The notes under the pieces were generated by a model. That model had not been told where the DNA came from. It did no database searches and saw only the letters and a list, made by a program, of their open reading frames with translations. Both the position numbers and the translations under genes were made by a program. A stretch of DNA of 63,892 nt, counting the filler, from Octopus bimaculoides (lineage: Eukaryota): the NCBI RefSeq assembly GCF_001194135.2. It is 5 parts of 5 records of this genome, joined end to end, with 100 filler letters (N's around TTAATTAATTAA, not from the genome) between each part and the next. Parts side by side here need not be neighbours in the genome. Positions count along the whole stretch, not along the records: positions 48,931 to 52,700 come from NC_068999.1; positions 52,801 to 56,702 come from NW_026303161.1; positions 56,803 to 63,892 come from NC_069002.1; 2 more parts are not named here. One strand, 5' to 3'. Position 1 is the first letter of the stretch, and every line of letters begins with the position of its first letter. Shown here piece by piece: positions 51,390 to 63,665 of the stretch.

Positions 51390-52250
51390 TTTACCGATCT
51401 TCTTTCTAAGGTACCGTGAAGGAAATATATGGATTTCTATCTAACTACTTTATCGTTGAACAAACACTAGCAAAATTTCAAGAAATAAAGTTACCTAAAT
51501 TTGATGGAATTAGTATTTTTGTCTCCCTTCTCCTAGACAGAGAGAAATTTTTAGCTCAAGAAAGCAAAAATAATAATGAAAATTACTTGATGTATTTGAG
51601 AAAGAGTGATTTAGGTCAATGAAAAAATTGAAATTTATCGAGCTTCTAGGCTGCAAAAAGGAAATAAAACTTTTTCTATTACATTGGTTTCTCAGTGAAG
51701 GATTCCAAATTTCCAAAATGTAACCATAGATCAATCTTTTTTTTAATTTTGCTACACCCGAGTTCGAAATGGCTGTTTTTTTTTAATCCTAACATATATT
51801 TAACCAATACTGATATCGTAGAGCTCCATAAATATTGATTAAAAACTGATATAGGATGGTGTTTCATAGCACATAAGCCTTTAATCTTAACTTCATGTAT
51901 TTTAGCTTTGTAGAGCGATCTTTTGCTGTGCTAAAAATCTAAAACATATCTATGCAATTCCCGAAATCTGGACAAGCTAACAAAAAGGAAAGCAGAAGGC
52001 CCTGAAGTGGCTAAGTAACCCGAACCTTGATAGTGAAGGGCTGCTTTCGAACCTGCGCTTATTAGTTTTAAAGTGAAATAACTCAGAATGGCCTGTGGCA
52101 CGTATCTGGAAAATATAAAAATGGCGAAGAAGAGCATATCAAATATCATACAAGACAATTCTTGGTTTATTGAAACCATCTCTGCTTCCAGAGAAGCTAA
52201 TACGATTGAGAAAGGAAGAAAATCTCACGAATCGAGAATTTCTTAAATTC
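51390..52250 (+). mobile_element. Highly degenerate hAT transposase relic
   Basis: VERSFAVLK followed after a frameshift by KTYLCNS resembles the hAT dimerisation motif ERSFSxLKxIKTYLRxxM. Upstream ORF fragments look coding but are broken. Confidence 0.5.
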
Positions 52251-52800
52251 ATCATTTGATTAAGGGGAAATAACACGATTGAATTTTTCTAGAAATTAGA
52301 GGACAACTCTGACACATACTTTTGCCTCAAAAGACGTCAGCAGCAAAGCAGTTGTCCAATCTTATCTCCAATAGACGAGACAGTTAGAAAGTAAAAAAAA
52401 AAAAAAAAGAGCTGCAGCTAGGGTAATTTACATAAATAAAACGAAAATGAACGAATACAAAATAATAACTTAGAATAACCAGAGACATGTATTTGAATAA
52501 CTAAGAGGGATTATCTCAAGAGAGGGTAAAACAATTCACTTTCCAGCAACAGAGGTTAATTACACGTGGTAATTGATTATTCTAAATTTTCTGGAAGAGA
52601 AAATACTTTCGATAGATAAGGAAAATATATTTTTCTTCTTCTTCTTCTTCTTCTTCTTCTTCTTCTTCTTCTTCTTCTTCTTCTTCTTCTTCTTCTTCTT
52701 NNNNNNNNNNNNNNNNNNNNNNNNNNNNNNNNNNNNNNNNNNNNTTAATTAATTAANNNNNNNNNNNNNNNNNNNNNNNNNNNNNNNNNNNNNNNNNNNN

Positions 52801-52840
52801 CGTTATAAAAATAAAACTACTGAACAATAATAATAATAAT
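52801..52840 (+). mobile_element. R4-like 3' end followed by (AAT)n
   Basis: cgttataaaaataaaactactgaac+aataataat; the rest is in the gap. Confidence 0.75.
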
Positions 52841-53050
52841 CCTTTCTGCTGGAAGTACAAGACCTCAAATTTGGGATAAGGGATTAAATCGATTGCATCG
52901 ACCTCAATGCGTAAATGGTACTTAATTTATTGACCCCCGAAGGGATGAAAGGCAAAGTCGACTTCGGCGGAATTGGAACTCAGAACGCAGCGACAGACGA
53001 AATACTGCTAAACATTTCGTCCGGCGTGCTAGCGATCTGCCAGCCTGAAT
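52841..53050 (-). mobile_element. SINE family 1
   Basis: gaccccgaagggatgaaaggcaaagtcgacttcggcggaattggaactcagaac. Confidence 0.88.
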
Positions 53051-53149
53051 GATGATGATGGTGATAGTCGCAGAGACAACAGCTGCCACAGAGGACTCAA
53101 TACTAATAATTTTAATGTAGCACAACTATATCTTAAAAAACAAAAAAGG

Positions 53150-54982
53150 AAAACTACAACAGCACACCAAATCCCTTGTCCTATGATTAATCTAGAAGCG
53201 TGTCTCCCAGGACAGAACCAGCCCGGAGTCGAAATGTCATCCACTGGCACAAATTCTTCTCTGAATACGAACCTCGATGGTCACTTGAACGGGAACTGCC
53301 CCAACTCGAGCTCTCAAATTCTCCACCATACCCACCCTACAAAGAAAAGTATAAGAAGATCAAATGGACCCGAGAAGAGTATACAGAAGTAATATACTTC
53401 TATTATTATGCATTAGGTAGGCCATCTGAATAGAAACACACCGCACACTCTTATCAAATATGGAGAACTCGAAATCAAGACAGCAGACTATATTTGAACG
53501 AAAACAAGTTAACAAATGTTCGGAGGGATATCTTCAGAATTAAAAGGCTTATTTCACATTGTGAAATAACTGCGATTAAGCACGCAGCGAAAAATGACCT
53601 AAATATAAGACAGAAAGGAAATTAAGAACCAGACGAAGACAGCAGCTCCCAATGAGTCTCAGTTGAAAGACTGCCATCTGACCAGAACGCACAAACATCT
53701 GGAGAAATAAATTGTAATGGACCAGATAAAGATGGCGAGGAAAGTGGCAAAGAAATAATATTTGAAGACTATATATTTACTGAAAAACATAGAAAATCTA
53801 TGATAGAAATGAAGCAGGGAATCCTGAATAAGCTTGAAGTTGTAAGACACGCCAATATCTATGGTAGAGAAACACTTCATAAACTCTCAAATGCAATCCA
53901 AAATAGAAAGCAAATCAAAATTGGGAACTCTGTAACAAATGAAATAATACAAGAACTAAAACAGATCTCATCGAGTTAAACGAAATTATTTAGGCAGCTT
54001 CTAAGGCAATTGAAACTGGTTGCATGCTTCAGAAGAAACCAAAAAATATAATGCAAACCCGAGAAGAATTCGAAACTGGAAAAGTAAAATTCAAAAAGAA
54101 AATTGAAATAATGAGAGGTGAAATATCAATATTGAATGAAATAATCTGGGGAAACGATGTAAAATCCAGAAAAGGATGAAAGATGAAGAGAATACGTAGA
54201 TTCTCACCAAGTGAAGAACTGCTTCCAACAAAAAGTGCAAGCAAAAGCTCAAAGGATACGAAGATTTGAGAAGAGAAACAAGTTTTACAAGCAAAATAAG
54301 GTGTTCACAGCCAAGGTAGAAACATTCTACAAAGAAATAGGGAAGGGGGAAATAATGGTTGAAGGCCCCACTCGCATGCAAGAAATTGAATGCCTTTAAG
54401 AAAATATCTGGAATGATGAAAAGATATTCAATGAAAAGGCAGACTTGAATAGACGCACAGAAGGATGCTACCAAAATATATCAGAACAAGCATGGAAAGA
54501 CATCACAATAACAGACCTAAGGATGACACTCAAGACACCTTGTAAGTAGAAATCCCCTGTTAATGATAGGGTGCCAAGTTTCTGTTTCGCATCGTTCCCG
54601 TGCGCACACGAAAAGTTAGTTTAATTATTCAATGAAATAATGAGAGATGCTACGAAAACAATTGATTAACTACTCCCGAAGAATAATGAAACCAAATTTC
54701 CCCCAAAACTATCAGTCGATACCATACCTATCCACCACGTATAAAATTTTAACATCCATCGTCCTGGAGAAAACATACAAATTCATGGAACAGAATATTT
54801 TCTCCACTGAACAAAAATGGTGCAGACGACGCTTATATGGATGCCATGACCAACTCTAAATCGCATGATCCTCGAGAACTGTCATAACAAATGCAGAAAT
54901 CTCAGTTCCACGTGAATAGATTGTAAAAAGGCCTTTGGCAGCATGCTGCATTCATGGGTCTTGAAATCACTGGATATCTTCA
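53150..54982 (+). mobile_element. R4/Dong-like element, 5' portion, broken off within the RT
   Basis: KWTREEY, QRIRRFEKRNKFYKQNK, NYQSIPYLSTTYKILT, EQKWCRRRLYGCHDQL, KKAFGSMLHSWVLKSL. Confidence 0.88.
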
Positions 54983-55090
54983 ATGAGAACCCAGGTTCGA
55001 AATTTCCCCAAGACACCTGATAAAAGCTGGAGGGTATATCAGCCGAAACGTTGTGTTCACAACAAGCAAGATGAGGATAAATATCCGTCA
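54983..55090 (+). mobile_element. Truncated hammerhead module (core mutated to CUGAUAA)
   Basis: gacacctgataaaagctggagggtatatcagccgaaacgttgtgtt at 55012-55057. Confidence 0.75.
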
Positions 55091-55109
55091 GTGCTCAACT
55101 GTGACTCGT

Positions 55110-55230
55110 TTGAACGACCCCGAAAGGATGAAAGGCAAAATCGACCTCAGCAAAATTTGAACCCAGAACATAAAGCTGTAATAACATTACTAAGCATTTT
55201 GTCCGGCCTGCTGACGATTCTGCCACCTTT
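55110..55230 (-). mobile_element. SINE family 1 fragment
   Basis: gaccccgaaaggatgaaaggcaaaatcgacctc. Confidence 0.8.
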
Positions 55231-56074
55231 CAACCTTTCTAATAATTATAATTATATTTTCTGCTGTAAGCATAAAGCTGTATTAATTCTAATAGTGATG
55301 ACAATGATGACGCTTTCCTTGTTAATCGCCAAGGCTTGATGTAAACAATTTAGGTGCTACAGGACGACAAGAAGCGAGTGTTTGGCACCAGGTAAGTGGG
55401 AGCCAAAAACAAGGGAACGAAAAAGCAAGGGGTCTACCCTGGTGGTCGGATGCCTATCCTTCAGGAAAGTCATTACAAATTGCATCTGTAATGAGCAATG
55501 CTTCAATCGAACATTGTAAATATAATCCAATTTTTATTGTGTATTTAAAATTGTAAATATTTAATCGATACAGCTTCTTCACCCCTTTTATGTTTGTCTG
55601 TCCTTGTTCGTCCCCTCTTTGTAATGCCTTTATGGCAAATATTTATGAAATAAAGAAGCAAGATTCCATAAATCAAATTAAAATTGAAAACTTTGGTAGA
55701 ACCTCACACCCCCAGAAAAACGTAGTAATGATACAAATATAAGAGTAAAATGTAAGAAGGAAAAGGAAAAGAGACGTAGGGCGGCTTTAAGGATGAGAAA
55801 AAGAGACGGAAATCTGATGTGACGCCTTTTATTATTTAAAGAATAAACTTCTGAAATTCGTTTTTTCTTTTCAATTAAACAATCTGTGTTATACAACAGA
55901 TAACGTAATTTGTTTCATCAACCAATCAGATTTCGATATATTCTTGACCTCGATTACTCATCATCATTATCATCATTCTCATATGAATGCGACAATACAG
56001 TTTGCTTGCTGTGGCTCTTTGTTATCTCAGGAGACCATATCCTGTTACTTGGTGTTTCTCGGAAAAGTCTTCTT

Positions 56075-56082
56075 TATATAAA
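56075..56082 (+). promoter_or_regulatory. Candidate TATA box
   Basis: TATATAAA about 100 nt upstream of the ATG at 56181. Confidence 0.5.
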
Positions 56083-56180
56083 GGTGTGAGACTCGGGGAA
56101 GGTTGTCAAACGATTAACTTTTGATCGCGAGCTGCAGTTTGAATTTTATCGTTTGAGAAGAAACAAAAATCTTTCCAACA

Positions 56181-56408
56181 ATGTCCATCAGATATCTTCT
56201 CTTTGTGGGCATTTGTCTTGGCATTGCCAGACACGTCTATGCCGTAGATTTGACCCTGAAACCTGGTGAGACCAGCGATGCTGTAATCGATGCAACCGTA
56301 AGAGAAATCCGAACGAAATGTATTCTGGCACAAGACTATTATTTCTTGAGAAGGTTAGCAGTGGCCCAGATGAAGTCTATCGCATCACCAACCGGTGGAA
56401 TATGGAGG
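56181..56408 (+). CDS. First coding exon of a secreted protein (signal peptide plus start of a probable lysozyme-like domain)
   Basis: aacaATG context; MSIRYLLFVGICLGIARHVYA signal-like; VDLTLKPG...CILAQDYYFLRRLAVAQ...GGIWR; consensus donor AGG|gtaagt in phase 0. No downstream exon could be identified in the window. Confidence 0.75.
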
Positions 56409-56601
56409 GTAAGTCCAGGATCTTCACAAATTCACAAGTGTACGCAAATGCACACAATCAAACGTATGCACACACGCATGTTTCTATGCACGCATACGCA
56501 AAAAGACACATGTGCATCTATGGGCATACCTTAGCTGTGTAAGTGTGAATTTAATTCTTTTTATGAATTTACATGATATTTAGCAAGAAAGAGCAAATAT
56601 A

Positions 56602-56635
<34 letters not shown>

Positions 56636-57006
56636 CAAAGAATATGTATGCATGTATACCCACATATATGTACATACTTACATCTACATGTGTATACAGA
56701 TGNNNNNNNNNNNNNNNNNNNNNNNNNNNNNNNNNNNNNNNNNNNNTTAATTAATTAANNNNNNNNNNNNNNNNNNNNNNNNNNNNNNNNNNNNNNNNNN
56801 NNCACACACACACACACACACTCAGATACACATACATACACATACTTTTACACACACATTCGAGAGACAGTGAACGTAGATTCAAAGTATTGACGGAATG
56901 GTTAATACAAATAAACTGTCTTATAACGTGTCAATATACACACACTCACAGATACATGGCCATACTCTCACTCAGGAACATATACACACATGCTTGTGTG
57001 TATATA

Positions 57007-57140
57007 GGCGTGGCTGTGTGGTAAGAAGCTTGCTTCGCAACTACATGTTTCCGGCTTCAGTCCCAATGCGTGGCACCTTGGGTAACTGTCTTCTATTAAA
57101 CGCTCGGGTCGACCAAAGGCGCCTGACAGTAAATCGAAAC
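57007..57140 (+). mobile_element. SINE family 2 head (tRNA-like)
   Basis: gtggctgtgtggtaagaagcttgctt...ttcagtcccaatgcgtggcaccttggg; a diverged minus-strand copy lies at about 25380-25510. Confidence 0.8.
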
Positions 57141-57328
57141 CATTTAGTTCCAAGATTTATTTGTATTTAACAACTGAATGAATCTAATAAAAGCATCTAA
57201 ATACGAAACATGATGAAAATTGTTCAAAATGAAGTCCTTCTTGAGCGACGCATTCTTCCATTCGAGTCAACAGCGTTTATGGAATTTTGATTTACTGTCA
57301 GATTTCTTTTGGCCGACCCTTATAAAAC

Positions 57329-57360
<32 letters not shown>

Positions 57361-57989
57361 NNNNNNNNNNNNNNNNNNNNNNNNNNNNNNNNNNNNNNNN
57401 NNNNNNNNNNNNNNNNNNNNNNNNNNNNNNNNNNNNNNNNNNNNNNNNNNNNNNNNNNNNNNNNNNNNNNNNNNNNNNNNNNNNNNNNNNNNNNNNNNNN
57501 NNNNNNNNNNNNNNNNNNNNNNNNNNNNNNNNNNNNNNNNNNNNNNNNNNNNNNNNNNNNNNNNNNNNNNNNNNNNNNNNNNNNNNNNNNNNNNNNNNNN
57601 NNNNNNNNNNNNNNNNNNNNNNNNNNNNNNNNNNNNNNNNNNNNNNNNNNNNNNNNNNNNNNNNNNNNNNNNNNNNNNNNNNNNNCATATACATATATAT
57701 ATACATATATATTCATATATATATACATATATATATACATATACATATATATATATATACATATACATATATATATGTTTGTGTGTCAGTGAGTGCGTGA
57801 ATGTGTGTGTGTGTAGTTGCTGTATGTGTTTGTTGCCCACTACGTCTTAATCTGCTATTTTGAGCAGATCCATTGACTTCAGAAAAGCTTAGTTGTAGGT
57901 TTGTTGTCTATGCTCTGATTTATACTTTATGCAAAGTATATGAACTTAAACACCAAGGCAACACACATTTCGAAGCATCCCTCTAATAA

Positions 57990-58205
57990 TTCTTTCTACT
58001 ATAGGCATAAGACCTGAAATTTGTGGGGAGGGGACCACTCGATTACATCGACCCCAGTGTTTCACTGGTTCTTAATTTATCGACCCTGAAAAAAGGAAAA
58101 GTAAAGTCGACCTCGGCGGAATTTGAACTCTGAAAGTAAAGACGGACGAAATGACGCAAAGCATTTCGCCTGGTGTACTAACGATTCGGCTAGCTCCCTG
58201 CCTTA
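57990..58205 (-). mobile_element. SINE family 1
   Basis: aagtcgacctcggcggaatttgaactc. Confidence 0.88.
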
Positions 58206-59320
58206 AACATCCCGCTAATAATAAATGCCGTTGTCAATTTATATATGTCTCGTAACGCGAAGGAAGATAACTCGAATCGTATTGAAGTTATTTCCCTTGG
58301 TTTGTATATCCATAGTTTTCTAATTTTTAAATTTATGTTATTATTATTTCCAGTACATTTCAGTAAGATAAACATATTTACCATCAGTAAGTGACGTCAC
58401 GTATACGCTAGTAAAATAATACAATTTTAAAATGGTTATGTAAATAACTGTTATCTTTCATCTTGAGTCATATATTTGTGTTTGTTCTTTATGAAACTAT
58501 GGGAATATATAAACTTAAACACAAGCAATCTTAAGACAATTTACCATCCTCTAAAACATTTATTATTCTCTGTATCTGAGTCACAAATTTATGTTCGTAC
58601 CACAAAGAATTATTTCTTATTAATTTTCTTTTTTAAGGATTATATGTACATTTTATTGTTTACACATACCAATATATACATCTTAGAAATACTAAATGTA
58701 TATTTTATATCTATAACACTTTAATAAAAACATACGCACATAAATATACACATATGCTTATAGGTTGGCGATTGTTACGTATGTGCTTTGCATAAATATT
58801 TTGTTCTATCAACTGAGAGTGTTTGTATTAATTTCTCTATTGCGTAAGCCATGGAGGCTTCTAGATTGCACGACGAAATAAATTATGTAAACCATAATCT
58901 GAGTGGCAATAAACACACAGGCACTTCACATATATGTCTTCCTCGGCCTAAGAAACAGGATTTTTAACGCGACAAAGTTCAGTATTAGACTGTAAATAAA
59001 GATATGACTCAAAGGAGAACGGAAATTGATTTCATTGTAACATATGCAGTAAAATATATATATTTACGTGAAAAACTGGGACATTACTATTTATGTTCCT
59101 GCATGTAAGTTAGGTAATATACGTGAATCAGACGGTCTAAAAAGCAGTCATAATTAAGATCTTTTCTTTTCTTTCTTTCCATTATTCCCTTTAATTTTAA
59201 TTCCTCCTTTTCAAACACTCATACGTCGAAGCCAGCGAGAGCGACCATCGTCATCATCATCGTCGTCGTCGTCGTCATCATCATCATCATCATCATCATC
59301 GTCATCATCGTCATCATACA

Positions 59321-59374
<54 letters not shown>

Positions 59375-60133
59375 TGAGAGAGCAGTGGATGCCCTCAAAG
59401 TGACACTGGGGTAAAATATACGAAGCACGTGCCTGGTGTACCCTTATTTATCGGATGGGTAGCCATGATGGGTGTACTGGGCTTGTCAAAGATGCTGTCA
59501 CACAGAGGGATAGAACTCAAAGCTATGTAGTTTTCAAAGTGAACGTCTTACCCGCACAATAATGGCTGCTATGCAAATATATAACGTGAACCGCCAACGC
59601 AATTTTAGAGCAGCGTAGAATAATATAATTTTACGAGGTTTATGTATCTAGTTGTTATCTTTCATCTTCAGTTACAAATTTTTCTTACTTTAACGGAATT
59701 AAGGGAGATATAAAACGAAACACAAGCAATTTTAAGACATTTAATTTACAATTCTATAGTACATATTTTATATGCGGTATTTGAGTCATATATTTAAGTT
59801 TGTATTATAATTTTTGTTTTTTGCAGTTTATTTCTCAAACATTGTACATTATACATGTGCAGTTTTATGTTAACATACATCAATCTAGCTTGAGTCAGTA
59901 TTTATATTTCAAAAATATATAGCATTTTAAAATAAATGTACAATACACATACATAACTGAATATATAAACAAACACACACACACACACACACATATGTGC
60001 TTGTGTGCGCGCGTGTGTGTCTGTATGCGTGCGTGTATTGCATATGTGTATATGAATACATGTTTATATGTATGTATGTATGTATATATGTATATATACA
60101 TAAGTTTGTTAACAAAACCATTCGCACCATATG

Positions 60134-60173
<40 letters not shown>

Positions 60174-60240
60174 TATACGTATGTATGTATATGTATAACC
60201 TCGTATGCACAGAAAGAGCAGTGTGAGAATAAAAAAAACA

Positions 60241-60375
60241 ATGGCTGCCATGTTTATTTTTAAGCTCGCACTGATCACGTGCCAGGCTGTGATAACTCTG
60301 GCTGATGAGTTACAACAATGTCGAAACCGTTGCTATGGTAGATTCCCTCACACTGACGAGTCGAGTGTGCTATGA
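60241..60375 (+). CDS. Small secreted-peptide ORF (44 aa), possibly a frameshifted peptide precursor
   Basis: aacaATGG context; MAAMFIFKLALITCQAVITLA signal-like, then DELQQCRNRCYGRFPHTDESSVL*; possible acceptor gcacag| at about 60212. Confidence 0.5.
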   Translation: MAAMFIFKLALITCQAVITLADELQQCRNRCYGRFPHTDESSVL

Positions 60376-60689
60376 ATACATAGCCGTTATAAAGAAAAGA
60401 TACTTTCCTGGGAAGAGATACAACAGCGATTAGCATGTTCACATCCGAATCAGCAGGACGTATTAAGGGTTAAGAATTACGATGTAAGCCATGGTACATA
60501 TAACAGTAGGTAGTGGAGTATTATGTGATGATCACCACTGGAACGCATGTAATCAGAAATGTGTTCAATCAGGTTTGACCGATGGTTAAAATGCAACAAT
60601 AAAACACAAACCGATAATTTCGGATATTATTCGACCATCTAAAAATTATTATCACTCTCTTTGTAAACTAGTGTGTTATTTCTTTTCTA

Positions 60690-60880
60690 CCCACAAGGGG
60701 CTACACACAGAGGGGGCAAACAAGGACGGACAAACGGATTAAGTCGATTATATCGACCCCGGTGCGTAACTAGTACTTATTTAATCGACCCCGAAAGGAT
60801 GAAAGGCAAAGTCGACCTCAGCGGAATTTGAACACAGAACGTAAACACAGACAAAATACCGTTAAGCATTTCCCCCGGCT
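60690..60880 (-). mobile_element. SINE family 1
   Basis: Includes the tail cccacaaggggctacacacagaggggg and the body. Confidence 0.9.
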
Positions 60881-62469
60881 TGATATATGCAATTGCATAT
60901 GTTATTATGTATGATTTTATGTATGTATGTATGTATGTATANNNNNNNNNNNNNNNNNNNNNNNNNNNNNNNNNNNNNNNNNNNNNNNNNNNNNNNNNNN
61001 NNNNNNNNNNNNNNNNNNNNNNNNNNNNNNNNNNNNNNNNNNNNNNNNNNNNNNNNNNNNNNNNNNNNNNNNNNNNNNNNNNNNNNNNNNNNNNNNNNNN
61101 NNNNNNNNNNNNNNNNNNNNNNNNNNNNNNTATATATATATATATATGCTTTTCTATATATATACCAATGCATATCGATACACACACGCACACACACATA
61201 CATACACACATGCACCCACACATATGCACACATACACATAGTGTCACGCACCGACACACTCATGGCACAGCCAGCTACCTTTCTCTCACTGATGAGTACA
61301 GGTAGGTAGAAAACTCATATTTATATTTATTTTAACACATATACACACATTTATTCTCTCTCCTGTCACACACGCACGCGCGCGCCCGCGCACACACACA
61401 CACACACACACATCACTCACACATATATACATCCAGTATTTATATATTTTCCATGTATTCTAGACCTATAATTAATCAATAAACCAATTAAAATATATTT
61501 GATGCGAAGAAAATAATCGATTTGCCTGATGAAAATAATATGAACAATATTTTTGCTATTGGTGTTGTTTTTATTTTTCACAACTGAGATAGAATTAGAA
61601 TATTCTGGTAAAGTACAATTCAATACTTGATTATCGAAAAAAAATTATTTTTTTGTATACATATAATTAGTATGAATGGAGATAGTTTTCTGTATTAACA
61701 ATATTGTTAGCGGAATATAAAATATATTGGAATTGCATCTATAAAATATCATCCATTAATATTATATATGGAAATTGTGATTGAGCCGCCCAACAGAGCA
61801 TGGTGCCGCCGCTCATGGCTATGTGTACTTTTGTCAAAGCACAATACCAATTTCATAATTTACAAAAGAAAGTCGATTCTCTCTGGTAGCAGTAATATGC
61901 TGTGATCGATTTAGTGAACTTGTTTCTCTTTCTGCCCCACTCCTCTACAACAGTAGATAAATAAATGAATAAATAAATAATTGGCTTCGATAAATCGATA
62001 TTTTATGGAGAAATATTGAATACTTTCTTAGGGACAAGCTGTTCCTAGGTAAAAGAATATAAAAAAAAAATCATTAATTTCGCGCAATTATCTTCTGGTC
62101 TTTCACATCTGACCCAATTTTAACATTGATAGATAAATATTTTAAAAGCGAGGCCAAAGTGGTTGGTGTGGCCTGCTAGAAGCAGCAACCTCTCTCTCTC
62201 TCCCTCCCTCAGTTTTCTCTTTCTGTTTCTCTTCCCCCCTCTCTTACACACGCTCTCTTTATTACTTTACATTATACCATCTTAACATGAAATGGAGTGA
62301 AAAGGGTGTCCAAAATAATCTGGTCATGAACGGGATAGTCAAGGGTGGGATAGACGGGACCGAAGTGTCTTTAATCATAGTTCTGATCCATGAGAGCTAA
62401 TCTACGACAGGGCAAACGCAATAGTTATAGTCCTTCGCTGCATAATGTACTTCTGTAATGCTGCGCTTG

Positions 62470-62856
62470 GGTTGTTGTTGGCACTCTGTCGCTTACGACG
62501 TCGAGGGTTCCAGTTGATCCGATCAACGGAACAGCCTGCTCGTGAAATTAACGTGCATGTGGCTGAGCACTCCACAGGCACGTGTACCCTTAACGTAGTT
62601 CTCGAGGATATTCAGCGTGACACAGTGTAATAAGGCTGACCCTTTAAATTACAGGCACAACAGAAACAGGAAGTAAGAGTGAGAGAAAGTTGTAGTGAAA
62701 GAGTACAGCAGGGTTCATTACTACCCCCTGCCGGAGCCTCGTGGAGCTTTAGGTGTTTTTCGCTCAATAAACACTCACAACGCCCGGTCTGGGAATCGAA
62801 ACCGCGATCCTATGACCGCGAGTCCGCTGCCCTAACCACTGGGCCATTGCGCCTCC
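62470..62856 (-). mobile_element. tRNA-derived SINE, family 3, near full length
   Basis: Head ggaggcgcaatggcccagtggttaggg (A box) and ggtttcgattccc (B box). Confidence 0.9.
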
Positions 62857-63494
62857 ACTGCGCTTGGGTAGCCACGACTAAAACGTCTTCGATTGTAGAT
62901 CTAAAAGCCTGGCTTGCGGCAAAACAACAAGACCTTGTTACTTCAAATCGTATATTATCTTTTCATAAAGGAAATAATGTGAGTTTTGAATATATTATAC
63001 CAAACAAAAACGAGAAGATGACTATTCAAGAGTTCTGTATTGATCTCTGTTGGATCAGTTCTGGTTTAGAGACAAACAACAAAAATGCTTCAATAGAGAT
63101 GAAAGCACGATCAGAATTTCAAAGTGAAGTTATATAAATTGTTATAGATCAAGCTGCCTACGTCGGGAATGTGTCCGTGCCATACGAACTACAGTCATGA
63201 AATCACAGTATCTCAAACGTCTGATAAAGCAAGTAGAAAGAAACTACGTTAAAGTGGCTGTCAATGGAGGGGCATATATAGTGATGATGGCAAATGAAAT
63301 ACTGGGGAAAATTTAATCAATCGTCAGTTCGCTGTAAATTATGTCTGGAGGCCTGTCTATATTAGACGGTGAATTTGTAGAATCATTAGGGAGACGGAAA
63401 AAGTGACTTACTCTTTCTATGTTCAAATCCAGCGGACGTCATATTTACATTTGACCATTTTGGTATCAATAAAATACATACCAGCCAGGGAATG

Positions 63495-63591
63495 AAATGT
63501 GCTGTGGTTTGCTGTGATGCTCTTATGGTTACTGTATTGAAAGTGTTTATTTTTATTATTATTATTATTATTATTATCATCATCATCATCA

Positions 63592-63663
<72 letters not shown>

Positions 63664-63665
63664 GT
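63495..63665 (-). mobile_element. Short R4-like 3' fragment plus (ATT)n array
   Basis: tgtgctgtggtttgctgtgatgctcttatggttactgtattgaaagtg closely matches the 46461 and 47189 copies; followed by a long ATT run. Confidence 0.75.

Noticed and set aside
51470-51510. IKLPKFDG resembling a BEL/Pao gag motif
   Set aside because: No other gag/pol motifs or LTRs nearby; the downstream sequence fits a hAT relic better.
55354-55391. 38-nt segment with AG acceptor and consensus CAG|gtaagt donor
   Set aside because: It lies among repeats with no partner exon, and the downstream gene has its own candidate TATA box.
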